Assembly: GCA_027067555.1 (NCBI GenBank)
Contig: JAMOVU010000191.1
Location: forward strand, 6,750-70,749
Source: Candidatus Aminicenantes bacterium
Lineage (GTDB): Bacteria; Acidobacteriota; Aminicenantia; JAMOAD01
Length of the DNA: 64,000 nt
Direction of reading: 5' to 3'
A program made the position numbers and the translations under genes. Of this stretch, positions 28,746 through 38,242 are shown piece after piece (the stretch's first letter is position 1; every line of letters starts with the position of its first letter). The notes beneath the pieces are model-generated. The model worked only from the letters and a program-made list of their open reading frames with translations. It searched no databases and was not told the origin of the DNA.

Positions 28746-30146
28746 TTACTCAAGACCAGCGAGGGTCTCCAATATTGCTTCTTTATCCGGTAAAGAAGCA
28801 TTTGAAAATTTTGTGGTAGCTCCTGTAAAAATCAAAAGCTCAGAGCCTATTGTACCGTTTCTATGCTTGGCAATTATAATTTCAGCTATTCCTCCCAGAC
28901 GGGTTTCATTCGGAAAATAAATTTCAGGTCTGTAAACAAACATGACAAGGTCAGCATCCTGCTCTATTGCTCCCGATTCTCTCAAATCAGACAAACGGGG
29001 TCTTCTTGCACCGGGTCTTTGCTCCACAGCTCTTGAAAGCTGAGAGATTGCAATGATTGGTATATTTAACTCTTTTGCAAGCTCCTTTAATCCTCTTGAG
29101 ATTAAACTAACTTCACTTACCCTTGATTCTATGTATTTACCGGCTTTCATAAGCTGAATATAATCCACTATAATCAAATCGCACTTATGAATATCATAAA
29201 GCCTTTTTGCCCTTGCATTAAGCTCCATAATGGAAATTCCACCAGTCTCATCTATAAAGATATTCATGTTTGAAATATTATTGGCAGAATCATATATTCT
29301 CTCTCTTTCTTCGGCTGTTAGAATACCATCCCTTATCTTATTGGAGAAAATTCCCGAATCAAGAGAAACAAGCCTTTTGTATAGTTCTTCTTTACTCATC
29401 TCAAGGGAAAAAATTCCGACGCACCCACCTCTTTTTGCCACATTGTAAGCAACATTCAGGGCAAAAGCTGTTTTCCCCATGCCCGGTCTTCCTGCTACAA
29501 TAATTAGATTCTGCTTTTGAAAACCTCCGGTTCTCTTATCAATATCAATAAAACCAGTTGAAAGCCCAGGATTATAACCTTTCCTCTTTTTCTCAAGTTC
29601 TTCCAAAAAAACATTGTGTATCTGTTCAACTTTCACAAAACCTTTGGAAACACCTCCTTCGGCAAGTTCTAAGAGTTTAACCTGGGCCATATCAAGTATT
29701 TCTTCCGAAGGAGTAACTTCCTCCGTTACTGAAGATATGAGATTGTTTGCCAGATAAAAGAGTTCTCTTTTTAGAGTCTTCTCTTTGAGAATCTTAACAT
29801 AATGCTCTATTGTCTCAAGATGAGGGACACCATCGGGAAGCTCTGACACATAACTTAAGCCTCCGGCAGCATCTATAAGATCTCTGTCTCTTAAATATTC
29901 CACAAGGGCTACTAAATCACACCTATCATGCTCCTGAAAAACCTCCTTAATTGCTTTGTAAATTATCTGATGGGTTTTTAAGTAGAAATCTTTTTTCTCA
30001 AGGTTTAAAAAATCTTCATAAAAGAGTTGATTATTCTTAAGTACAGCTCCTAAAACAGATTTTTCAGTATTTACGCTTGCAGGAAGCTCAGGGACTAAAT
30101 TCTTTTTCTTTCTCTTCTTTCCCGAATCCTCTTGAGACGAGGCCAT
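28746..30146 (-). CDS. dnaB: Replicative DNA helicase DnaB
   Basis: N-domain SVLGAVL, Walker A GRPGMGKTAFALN, and H4 ISQLSR. Confidence 0.9.
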   Translation of the reverse strand: MASSQEDSGKKRKKKNLVPELPASVNTEKSVLGAVLKNNQLFYEDFLNLEKKDFYLKTHQIIYKAIKEVFQEHDRCDLVALVEYLRDRDLIDAAGGLSYVSELPDGVPHLETIEHYVKILKEKTLKRELFYLANNLISSVTEEVTPSEEILDMAQVKLLELAEGGVSKGFVKVEQIHNVFLEELEKKRKGYNPGLSTGFIDIDKRTGGFQKQNLIIVAGRPGMGKTAFALNVAYNVAKRGGCVGIFSLEMSKEELYKRLVSLDSGIFSNKIRDGILTAEERERIYDSANNISNMNIFIDETGGISIMELNARAKRLYDIHKCDLIIVDYIQLMKAGKYIESRVSEVSLISRGLKELAKELNIPIIAISQLSRAVEQRPGARRPRLSDLRESGAIEQDADLVMFVYRPEIYFPNETRLGGIAEIIIAKHRNGTIGSELLIFTGATTKFSNASLPDKEAILETLAGLE

Positions 30147-30149
30147 CTT

Positions 30150-30596
30150 TTATTCTTCTTTTTCCACATTAATTTTTAAGAGAGCTTTTACTGAAGGGTG
30201 GATTCTAACCTCAACTTCATACTCTCCTAATTTTTTAATGTGTTCATGCAAAAGAATATTCTTTTTATCCACTTCTATCCCTTCTGCTTTAAGGGCATCC
30301 TCTATATCAGCTGATGTAACTGATCCAAAAAGAGTATCCTCTTCACCCGCTTTTTTCTTTATTGTTATAGAAAGAGATTCGATTCTGTTTTTCAATTCCT
30401 CTACTGTTTTAATTTCTCTTTCCCTCTCTTTCTCGAGTTTTTTCTTTTTCTCCTCAATCATTTTAATATTGCTGTCCGTTACTTTTATAGCAACCCCCTT
30501 GGGGATAAGATAGTTTCTTGCGAAACCATCTTTTACCTTTACAATCTCTCCTTTTTTCCCTACATTCTCTATATCTTCCAAAAGTATAATTCTCAT
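30150..30596 (-). CDS. rplI: 50S ribosomal protein L9
   Basis: MRIILLEDIENVGKKGEIVKVKDGFARNYLIPKG. Confidence 0.9.
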   Translation of the reverse strand: MRIILLEDIENVGKKGEIVKVKDGFARNYLIPKGVAIKVTDSNIKMIEEKKKKLEKEREREIKTVEELKNRIESLSITIKKKAGEEDTLFGSVTSADIEDALKAEGIEVDKKNILLHEHIKKLGEYEVEVRIHPSVKALLKINVEKEE

Positions 30597-30606
30597 TCTT
30601 TCCCTC

Positions 30607-30858
30607 CTATTTCACGATAAATGGTAGTAAAGCCATATGTCTTGCTCTTTTAATTGCTATTGTTAGCCTTTTCTGATGATAGTGACATGTACCGGTAAGT
30701 CGCCTTGACATTATCTTTCCATTTTCGTGGATATAATTTTTTAGAAGATTTGGATCTTTGTAATCGATATACCACATATTATGCTTGCAAAACCAACAAA
30801 ATTTCTTCTTTTGGAAATAATTGGGTCTGTTTCCTTTTTTATTTTGATTATTTGCCAT
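30607..30858 (-). CDS. rpsR: 30S ribosomal protein S18
   Basis: [29 protein letters not shown]. Confidence 0.9.
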   Translation of the reverse strand: MANNQNKKGNRPNYFQKKKFCWFCKHNMWYIDYKDPNLLKNYIHENGKIMSRRLTGTCHYHQKRLTIAIKRARHMALLPFIVK

Positions 30859-30869
30859 TTTTCTCCTCC

Positions 30870-31229
30870 TTAAAGATCTGATGCTGATGGTTTTTCAGGT
30901 TTTTTAGCTCTTTTCTTTTCTAATTTTTCAGGTTTTTTCAGCTCTCTGTCAAGTTTAATAATAAGCCATCTTAAAATAGCCTCTGTGTGTCTTATTCTGG
31001 TTTCAAGCTCCAATGGAATGTTTGGCGGAGCTGTGAAATTAAGAAGAACATAGTAACCTTCGGTGAACTTTTGAATTTCATAGGCAAGGGTTCTTTTTCC
31101 CCAATCTTCTTCTCTCGTGATTTCTCCGCCACCTTCAACAATGATGTTTTTGATAATATCAACTGTTTTTTTCCTTTCCTCTTCTGAGAGGTTGGGTTTG
31201 AGAATAAACATTAACTCATAATTTTTCAT
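30870..31229 (-). CDS. rpsF: 30S ribosomal protein S6
   Basis: [18 protein letters not shown]. No ssb lies between rpsF and rpsR (11-nt gap). Confidence 0.88.
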   Translation of the reverse strand: MKNYELMFILKPNLSEEERKKTVDIIKNIIVEGGGEITREEDWGKRTLAYEIQKFTEGYYVLLNFTAPPNIPLELETRIRHTEAILRWLIIKLDRELKKPEKLEKKRAKKPEKPSASDL

Positions 31230-31248
31230 TTAATCCTCCTTATGGTTT

Positions 31249-31839
31249 TTAGCCTACCGATTCATCGGCAAGCAAGGGTTTTCTTTTATTAAATTTTGTC
31301 ATAGTTTTTTCAATACCAAGACTTAAAAGACTAATTATAATTTCTGGTATTGTATCAATCGTCTTTTTAATTATTTCAAATTCCTTTTCAGGGAATGCAG
31401 ACAGCACAAAATCCGCAAGATTATAGTATTTTTCTCCATTATTTATTCCTACGCGCAAGCGAGGGAATTTTTCTGTCCTTAGCTCTTCTATTATTGAAAT
31501 CATCCCTTTATGTGTGCCTGCGCCCCCTTCTTTTCGCAATCTGAGAGTTCCCAGAGGAAGGTCTATATCATCATATACTATTAAAATCTCCTCTGGTGTT
31601 GCTTTTTTTTCATTCACCCACTTTTTTACGGATTTCCCCGATAAATTCATAAAGGTCATTGGTTTGATTAGGTAGTGCCTCTTGCCTTTAAAATTAAATT
31701 CTCCATAAACACTGCTGTTTTTACTTTTTCCTACTTTAACATTGAAATTTTCTGCTAATCTATCTATACTCATAAATCCCACATTATGCCTCGTCCTGCA
31801 ATACTCTTCGCCCGGATTTCCAAGACCAAAGATAAGCAC
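31249..31839 (-). CDS. pth: Peptidyl-tRNA hydrolase
   Basis: MLIFGLGNPGEEYCRTRHNVGF. Confidence 0.9.
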   Translation of the reverse strand: MLIFGLGNPGEEYCRTRHNVGFMSIDRLAENFNVKVGKSKNSSVYGEFNFKGKRHYLIKPMTFMNLSGKSVKKWVNEKKATPEEILIVYDDIDLPLGTLRLRKEGGAGTHKGMISIIEELRTEKFPRLRVGINNGEKYYNLADFVLSAFPEKEFEIIKKTIDTIPEIIISLLSLGIEKTMTKFNKRKPLLADESVG

Positions 31840-31845
31840 AGTTTT

Positions 31846-32499
31846 TTATTCTTCCTCAGGTTCACTTTTACCTTTTTCTTCCACTTCAGGTTCTGCTTTT
31901 TCTTCTCCCTCAACTTCTTCTTCGACTTCTTCTTCTTCCTCTTCAACTCCAGTTGTGACTGTTGCAATAACAACAGATTCATCTGTAAGTAGGGTGTATT
32001 TCTCATCAAGATCAAGATCCGAAACTTTAAGAGACTGACCTGCATGGAGTTCGCTGACATCAACCACTATCTCTTCTATGATATCCTTTGGTAAACACAT
32101 AAGTTCAATTTCTCTTGTGATAAAATCAAGAAAACCTCCTTCCTGTTTAACTCCTATAGGAGTACCTTTCAAGTGAACAGGAACAGTGATTTCAACCGGT
32201 CTGTTAAGATCAACTCTTTTGAAATCAACATGTATGATATCTCTTCCAAGATAATCATATTGAAGCTCATAAATCATGGCATCTTCTGTTTTCTTTCCGT
32301 ACTTGAGTTTCAGCGTTGTGTTTATTCCCATTTTGGCTTTTAGAATGGCTTTAACATCATCAAGGCTAACAGTAAGAGCTACGCTTTCTTTGTTTTCTCC
32401 ATAAATAACAGCTGGCAATTTGCCTTCAGCTCTAAGCTTTTTAGCTAACTCTTTTCCCTTTTTTTCTCTTAATTCAGCTTTAATTTCCAAGTGTTCCAT
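31846..32499 (-). CDS. rplY: 50S ribosomal protein L25 / general stress protein Ctc, with an acidic E-rich C-terminal tail
   Basis: LKAELREKKGKELAKKLRAEGKLPAVIYG. The tail is (E/V/K)-rich low complexity, and the ORFs on both strands at 31742..32063 are artefacts of it. Confidence 0.85.
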   Translation of the reverse strand: MEHLEIKAELREKKGKELAKKLRAEGKLPAVIYGENKESVALTVSLDDVKAILKAKMGINTTLKLKYGKKTEDAMIYELQYDYLGRDIIHVDFKRVDLNRPVEITVPVHLKGTPIGVKQEGGFLDFITREIELMCLPKDIIEEIVVDVSELHAGQSLKVSDLDLDEKYTLLTDESVVIATVTTGVEEEEEEVEEEVEGEEKAEPEVEEKGKSEPEEE

Positions 32500-32511
32500 T
32501 TTTTCACTCCT

Positions 32512-33450
32512 TTATAAAAATAGTCTGCTAACTGAGGTTTCCTCATGTATGCTTCTTATAGCTTCTCCCAAAAGGGGAGCTGTTGATAAAACCTCTATTT
32601 TTTTACATTTTTTTGTTTCTTCGGACAAAGGTATTGTATCTGTAACTATTAATTTTTCAAGGTTTGAATTTCTTATTCTTTCAAGAGCAGGACCTGAAAG
32701 AACTGCATGTGTGGCGGCAGCATAAACCTTTGTAGCTCCTTTTTTAATTAATGCCTCAACAGTATTGGTTAAAGTTCCGGCTGTATCAACGATATCATCA
32801 ACAATAACCGCAATTTTGTCCTTTACTTTCCCTATTATATGTCTTAACTCAGCTTTGTTAGGCTCATACCTTCTTTTATCCACTATTGCAAGGTATGCAT
32901 TTAACTCCTCCGCAAACATTCTTGCTCTTTCCACCCCTCCGGCATCCGGGGAAACAACCACAATATTTTCTTCCGGCATTATCTTTTTAAAATGCTCCAC
33001 AAGAATCGGAAGAGCCATAAGATTATCAACAGGGATATTAAAGAAGCCCTGAATTTGAGGGGCATGAAGGTCTATTGTAAGAACTCTGTTAAACCCACTT
33101 GCTGTAATAATATCTGCTACCAATCTGCTGGAAATGGGAACCCTTGGTCTGTCTTTTCTGTCCTGCCTTGCATATCCATAATACGGAATAACAGCTGTTA
33201 TTCTTCCTGCAGAAGCTCTCCTTGCAGCATCTCCCATTATGAGAAGCTCCATAATGTGAAAGTTTACATCATTGGAAAGTGATTGAAAGATGAAGATATC
33301 AGCCCCCCTAATATTTTCAAGCATCTGATATCTTATCTCTCCGTCTGAAAAGGTTTTCAAGATTTGGTTTCCCAATGGTAGTTCAAGGTACTCTGCAAGT
33401 TTCTCCGCCAATTCAGGGTTGGATGAACCTGCAAAAATTTTAATCTTTTC
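32512..33450 (-). CDS. prs: Ribose-phosphate pyrophosphokinase. The ORF as reported extends 5' across tRNA-Gln; the true start is probably near KIKIFAGSSNPELAEKL.
   Basis: FSDGEIRYQMLENIRGADIF, DLHAPQIQGFF and the PRPP-binding VVSPDAGGVERAR...IVDDIVDTAGT. Confidence 0.85.
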   Translation of the reverse strand, partial: EKIKIFAGSSNPELAEKLAEYLELPLGNQILKTFSDGEIRYQMLENIRGADIFIFQSLSNDVNFHIMELLIMGDAARRASAGRITAVIPYYGYARQDRKDRPRVPISSRLVADIITASGFNRVLTIDLHAPQIQGFFNIPVDNLMALPILVEHFKKIMPEENIVVVSPDAGGVERARMFAEELNAYLAIVDKRRYEPNKAELRHIIGKVKDKIAVIVDDIVDTAGTLTNTVEALIKKGATKVYAAATHAVLSGPALERIRNSNLEKLIVTDTIPLSEETKKCKKIEVLSTAPLLGEAIRSIHEETSVSRLFL

Positions 33451-33463
33451 AAAAAGCACTTTA

Positions 33464-34366
33464 CTACTCTCCTCTATTTTTTGTACTGGGGCGGGAGGAT
33501 TCGAACCCCCGAATGTCAGGACCAAAACCTGATGCCTTACCGCTTGGCGACGCCCCAAAATTAGAGAAATAATTTTCTCTATTTATGGCCTCAAATAAAT
33601 ATAAACCTTCTTTCTGCGGAATATTTGATCTTTTTTTAAATCCTGCAAAAAAACTTGCTCCGCTTCCACTCATTAATACAAAATCGCTTAAATTAAGCAT
33701 CTCTTTTTTTACCTCTTTTAATTCAGGGTAGAGTTTTAAAGCTACCTCTTCCAATCTATTAATAAATCTATTAAAATTTCCTCCTAAAAAATGAGCATAT
33801 ATTTTACTTTTATCTCCATATTCTGTCAAGTTTTCGTAAGCAGCCTTTGTGGAAACATTAATTTTCGGAATTTTAAGGAGAAAATATTTATGAGGAGTGG
33901 GTGAAACAGGAATAACAATTTCTCCTCTACCCATTACTAAAGCGGATCCGCCAAACAGAAAAAATGGAACATCGGAGCCTATTTTGCAAGCGATTCTCCA
34001 TAGTTTTTCAAAAGGTATTTTCAAATCTAAAAAATTATTCAATAATAAAAGCACAGCTGCTGCATTAGAGCTCCCCCCTCCAAGCCCGCTACCGGGAGGG
34101 ATTTTTTTTTCAATAAAAATTCGGATTCCTTCTCTAATTCCAAGAGCATTAACAGCTCTAACCACAGTATTTTTATTATCTATCTTTATATTTTTATCTG
34201 AAAACTCTATCTTAACTTTTCCTCTCTTTCTCTCAATTACAATTTTATCTGCAATTGAAATTGTTTGAAATAATGAAAAAATCTCATGATAGCCATCTTC
34301 TCTCTTTCCTGTTATTTCAAGAAAAAGATTTAATTTTCCATAGGAATTGGCCTCAATTTTCTCCAT
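33464..34366 (-). CDS. ispE: 4-diphosphocytidyl-2-C-methyl-D-erythritol kinase. The last ~30 codons of the ORF run through tRNA-Gln, so the C-terminus is likely mis-extended.
   Basis: KLNLFLEITGKREDGYHEI and the GHMP-kinase loop PPGSGLGGGSSNAAAVL. Confidence 0.8.
   Translation of the reverse strand: MEKIEANSYGKLNLFLEITGKREDGYHEIFSLFQTISIADKIVIERKRGKVKIEFSDKNIKIDNKNTVVRAVNALGIREGIRIFIEKKIPPGSGLGGGSSNAAAVLLLLNNFLDLKIPFEKLWRIACKIGSDVPFFLFGGSALVMGRGEIVIPVSPTPHKYFLLKIPKINVSTKAAYENLTEYGDKSKIYAHFLGGNFNRFINRLEEVALKLYPELKEVKKEMLNLSDFVLMSGSGASFFAGFKKRSNIPQKEGLYLFEAINRENYFSNFGASPSGKASGFGPDIRGFESSRPSTKNRGE
33486..33557 (-). tRNA. tRNA-Gln (anticodon TTG), 72 nt, CCA not encoded
   Basis: Reverse complement is UGGGGCG-UC-GCCAAGCGGUAAGGC-AUCAGG-UUUUGGU-CCUGAC-AUUC-GGGGG-UUCGAAU-CCUCC-CGCCCCA-G. 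The cloverleaf was checked by hand. Confidence 0.85.
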
Positions 34367-36692
34367 TAAAACACTCCTTTATGTTAAAGACTTCTTTATA
34401 ATTATCCAGCTTTGGTTGTTTGTATGATTTCGGTTGATTAACTTTAAATTTTAAAAGCTTTATCTTTAACAAAAAATCTCCTTTTTTTACCTCTATTTTT
34501 TTTGGAAACCCTTGATTATAAGAATCTATCTTTATATATTTATTTTCATATTCCAGATTATAATCATAATTTATTCCAAGATAGTAAAGAAACTCTTTTT
34601 CAGTGGTTTTTAAGCCTATTAAGAAATTCATTATTTCTTTAAATGTTCCTATATAAAATAATTTTTTTCTCTTATTTAATAAAACATAATTATCGTCACT
34701 TTTATAAAGCTCTGCAAATTCTGTCATAGGAAATCGGTAAAGCTTTAAAATAAATTTTTTATCCCTTTCATAATAAAGCTTTATTCTAAAAGGTGAGATT
34801 TTTTTGTTAACATAAATTTTTGCGGAATAAAGAGCTTGGAAAGAGTTTACTTTTTTTACAAAAGTTTTAAGTTTTCTAAGCTTAGAAAAAACATAAGCTT
34901 GTCTTTTTATAATTTTTTTATACGGACAAGAGGTCTTGCTTAAAACACTTTCATAAGTGATTTTTGCTTTTCTAAAATTCTGGATTTTAAAGTATAAATC
35001 CGCAAGATGAATCTTGATTTCCACATCCTCTGAAAGCACTTCCAATGCCTTTTTAAAGTATTTTTCTGCCTTTTTAAAATCTCCTTTTTTGTAGAAAAAA
35101 TATCCGACTGTATCCTGTATGGCTGGTGATTCTGATTTTTTCAAAATTTCAATATACTCTTTAATACCCTTTATTTTTGCATTCTTAGTGAGAGCATAGT
35201 AGACATAATAATTTATGTAATTTTTGTTTTCCGGTTCTTCCTCAATAGCTCTTTTAAAAAAAGCAAGTGCTTTTGTGGTTTTGTTTTTCTCTTCATAGTA
35301 TCTTCCATAAAGAAAAAATCTATAACTGTTTTTCAGGATTTTTTGGGGGAGGGAGGAAATTAATTTTTTCATGCATTCTGTTTTATTGAACTCAAGAAGA
35401 GTTTTAAAAACAAATGGAATTAATGTTCTTTTCTGAATTATGAAGTTTTTTAATTTATTTAAATTACAATCTGTTTTTATTATGAAAAGAAGTTTGAACT
35501 TTTCAGAGTGATTTTTAAGAGAATTTATTATTTCCTGATTTTCTACCAAGAGAGCTGCTTTAAAAATTTTAAATTTTAAGCTATCTGAAAACTTTGAAAA
35601 ATTCTTCTTTTCATTTAAAAGCTCTTTTAACTTTTCTTTATTCTGAGTTTCGAGAAAGTATGACAAATCAACATCAAAAGAAAAAATTTTGAGAAAGTCG
35701 GGATTTATAAAAGAGGGAAGCTCTCTTCGATGCAAATAAAAATGGGAAGCTCTATAACAACCAAACACAAAATAATATCTTGCCAAGAGGTAATGAGTAA
35801 AAGGCAGATCTTCGCTTTTACTTAAACTCTCCTTTAAAAGAGGTAAAAGTTTTCTAAATTTCTTACTATAAAAAAGGGAAAAGAGGTAAAATCTCTTAAT
35901 TCCCATTGATTTTTCAATTAATTTATTATTTTCAATAAATTTTGCAATTTTTTCATACTCTCCCATTTTAAACCATAGGCGTAGACCCTCTTCTATTAGA
36001 TCAAGCTTTCCCAAAGGTATTGTACTTTCTATGATTGGAATATAAAGATTCTCATCTTTTAAAAGTTCTCCCTTTTTCTTGTTAATAGCATTATCCAAAA
36101 TGTATTTTGCAACTCTTTCCTTAATTTCATTGCTATTTATCTTTTTAAAATTTGATAGCAACCAATCATAGTCTTTTAACTTTAATTTCAGGAGAGTGAT
36201 TTCATCAAAGATGGCCTTAATTTTTGTATTTAGGGAATAAGCTTTGGATAATATTTTAATGGCTCTTTCATATTTTCCCGAATACTTTAATGCTTCGCCA
36301 TAAAAATAAGTTGAAAGAAAATCATCGGGGACTTTTTCCAGATAAAGAGAAAAATACTTTTTAGCATTTTCAAGATCCTCTCCTCTCCCCTCTTTCATAA
36401 ATTTAAAAAAGTAAACCTTCCCCATATCTTTTAATAATCGCTTGTTGCTTCCATTTATTTTTTCTGCTTTTTTAAAATAATTTATGGCTTTTTCATAATC
36501 GATTGTTTCAAGCTCTCCTAATTTAACATAGTAAAAAAAATCCTTGTTTTCTGTTTTTAAAAGAACTTCCCTTGCTTTTTCCACCTCTCCAATGTTTTCC
36601 AGAAAAGTTGCCCAACCATAATTAAAATAAAGATTCAAGTTTTTTACAGGATTTAGAAGTAGCAAAAGATTAAAAAAAAGTACAATTCTCAT
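34353..36692 (-). CDS. Large TPR-repeat protein, 779 aa, with an N-terminal hydrophobic signal
   Basis: Repeated A/Y/F-spaced TPR-like units (AIKILSKAYSLN, ALAFFKRAIEEEP, AEKYFKKALEVLS). Confidence 0.55.
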   Translation of the reverse strand: MRIVLFFNLLLLLNPVKNLNLYFNYGWATFLENIGEVEKAREVLLKTENKDFFYYVKLGELETIDYEKAINYFKKAEKINGSNKRLLKDMGKVYFFKFMKEGRGEDLENAKKYFSLYLEKVPDDFLSTYFYGEALKYSGKYERAIKILSKAYSLNTKIKAIFDEITLLKLKLKDYDWLLSNFKKINSNEIKERVAKYILDNAINKKKGELLKDENLYIPIIESTIPLGKLDLIEEGLRLWFKMGEYEKIAKFIENNKLIEKSMGIKRFYLFSLFYSKKFRKLLPLLKESLSKSEDLPFTHYLLARYYFVFGCYRASHFYLHRRELPSFINPDFLKIFSFDVDLSYFLETQNKEKLKELLNEKKNFSKFSDSLKFKIFKAALLVENQEIINSLKNHSEKFKLLFIIKTDCNLNKLKNFIIQKRTLIPFVFKTLLEFNKTECMKKLISSLPQKILKNSYRFFLYGRYYEEKNKTTKALAFFKRAIEEEPENKNYINYYVYYALTKNAKIKGIKEYIEILKKSESPAIQDTVGYFFYKKGDFKKAEKYFKKALEVLSEDVEIKIHLADLYFKIQNFRKAKITYESVLSKTSCPYKKIIKRQAYVFSKLRKLKTFVKKVNSFQALYSAKIYVNKKISPFRIKLYYERDKKFILKLYRFPMTEFAELYKSDDNYVLLNKRKKLFYIGTFKEIMNFLIGLKTTEKEFLYYLGINYDYNLEYENKYIKIDSYNQGFPKKIEVKKGDFLLKIKLLKFKVNQPKSYKQPKLDNYKEVFNIKECFNGEN

Positions 36693-36738
36693 AATGGGAT
36701 TTTATCATAAATATGAAGGTTATTCACACCAATGCTTT

Positions 36739-37761
36739 TTATTTTTGTATTTTAGAAAGAATCAGGTCTACCTTTTTTAGAATGTCGATTGGCTTAATTT
36801 TAGTCATACAAATTGGGTTGGAACATTTTCTCTTAAAACAACCGGAACATTTCAGTTTATAGAAAACAACTTCCGAAATCGGGTTTACAGGACCGTTTCT
36901 TGAAGGAAGAGTGGGACCAAAAAAACTTACTGTTGGAGTTTTTACAGCTTCCGCAATATGAAGGGGAAGAGTATCTCCGCTAACTAAAAGCAAGGAACTT
37001 TTAATTAAAGGAAATAATTCTTTAATGGTAAAGGGAGGAGCAAGAAGAGCACCGGATTCCAAAGCCACTTTTGCAGCATCTTTTTTCTCAAAATCATTTC
37101 CCCACAATACAAGGGGAATAAAATTTCTATCAATAATACCTTTTGCTATATCTATCCACTTTTTCACACCAAGCCTTTTAGTTTCCCATCCTCCTCCCAC
37201 ATTGAGAATAATTACTTTTTTAGTATTTATGTTTTTTAACTTCTCTTTAACACCATTTTCTAATTTTTTTGTGAAATTGAAAGATGGAAAAGAGATGGTA
37301 GTTGTTTTTATATTAATGGAGGAGAGAAGATGTATATTTTTACTTATAATATGCTCTGTTTCTTCAAAATAAGGGACCGTTTCTTTGTAAAAAAAACGAG
37401 ATGTTTTTTCTCTTAGATTTTTGTTTGAAAATCCAATTTTTCTTTTTGAATTAATTAAAGAGGTTACCACAGCGGATTTCATGGTCCCCTGAAAATCAAA
37501 AAGAATATCAGCTTTTATGCTCTTCAGTTTTCTGATTTTTGAGATATTTTTTACTATTTTCTTACCTCTTCTTAAATCTTTTGTGTCAATTGTGTAGATT
37601 TTGTCAATTCCATCCACCATTTCAAGAATTTCCTTTCCATTCTTTTCCACTATCCAGGTAATTTCTGATGAGGGGAATTTTTCCCTTAATAATTTAAAAG
37701 CGGGAAGAGTGTGGATTATATCTCCCAGAGAGCTGAGCTTCACAATTACTATTTTATCCAT
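36739..37761 (-). CDS. Glycosyltransferase family 9 (ADP-heptose:LPS heptosyltransferase, WaaC/WaaF-like)
   Basis: MDKIVIVKLSSLGDIIHTLPAF and the C-terminal GDTLPLHIA. Confidence 0.8.
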   Translation of the reverse strand: MDKIVIVKLSSLGDIIHTLPAFKLLREKFPSSEITWIVEKNGKEILEMVDGIDKIYTIDTKDLRRGKKIVKNISKIRKLKSIKADILFDFQGTMKSAVVTSLINSKRKIGFSNKNLREKTSRFFYKETVPYFEETEHIISKNIHLLSSINIKTTTISFPSFNFTKKLENGVKEKLKNINTKKVIILNVGGGWETKRLGVKKWIDIAKGIIDRNFIPLVLWGNDFEKKDAAKVALESGALLAPPFTIKELFPLIKSSLLLVSGDTLPLHIAEAVKTPTVSFFGPTLPSRNGPVNPISEVVFYKLKCSGCFKRKCSNPICMTKIKPIDILKKVDLILSKIQK

Positions 37762-38242
37762 AAAGCTCCTCTATCTTTTTTATTATATCAGTAGTAGAAT
37801 GTTCCTTTTTCTCTCCTACAATAATAGTTCTAATTCCAAGAGAAGCGGAAAATTTACTTTCAGCTACAGTTTCCACCGTATAATCGGGTCCTTTCACATG
37901 AAAGTGCGGTTTTAATTCCTTGAGTATATTTTTTACTGTGTCCTCCTCAAAAATCACAACATAATCCACAATATTAATGGAAGCAACTAAAAGACTTCGC
38001 TCCTTTTCATTCATTATTGGTCTATTTTCCCCTTTGAGTTTTTTTACAGAAGAATCACTGTTTATTGCAACTATCAAAATATCTCCGAGCTCTTTTGCTT
38101 TTTTGAGATAGACAATGTGCCCATAATGAAGAAGATCAAAAGCTCCATTGGCAAGAACTATCGTTTTTTCCTCTTTTTTAAGATTTTTAACTATATCTTT
38201 TAAAGAGCTCAGAGATTTTATCTTTGTACTTGTTAATTCCAT
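37754..38242 (-). CDS. D-glycero-beta-D-manno-heptose 1-phosphate adenylyltransferase (HldE domain II as a separate gene)
   Basis: Cytidylyltransferase HxGH motif ANGAFDLLHYGHIVYL. Confidence 0.85.
   Translation of the reverse strand: MELTSTKIKSLSSLKDIVKNLKKEEKTIVLANGAFDLLHYGHIVYLKKAKELGDILIVAINSDSSVKKLKGENRPIMNEKERSLLVASINIVDYVVIFEEDTVKNILKELKPHFHVKGPDYTVETVAESKFSASLGIRTIIVGEKKEHSTTDIIKKIEELYG

Noticed and set aside
31742-32063. Overlapping ORFs on both strands (98, 97 and 68 aa) around the pth/rplY junction
   Set aside because: They are produced by the GAA/GAG-rich region encoding the acidic tail of L25. The translations are homopolymeric (S-rich, K-rich, F-rich) and are not genes.
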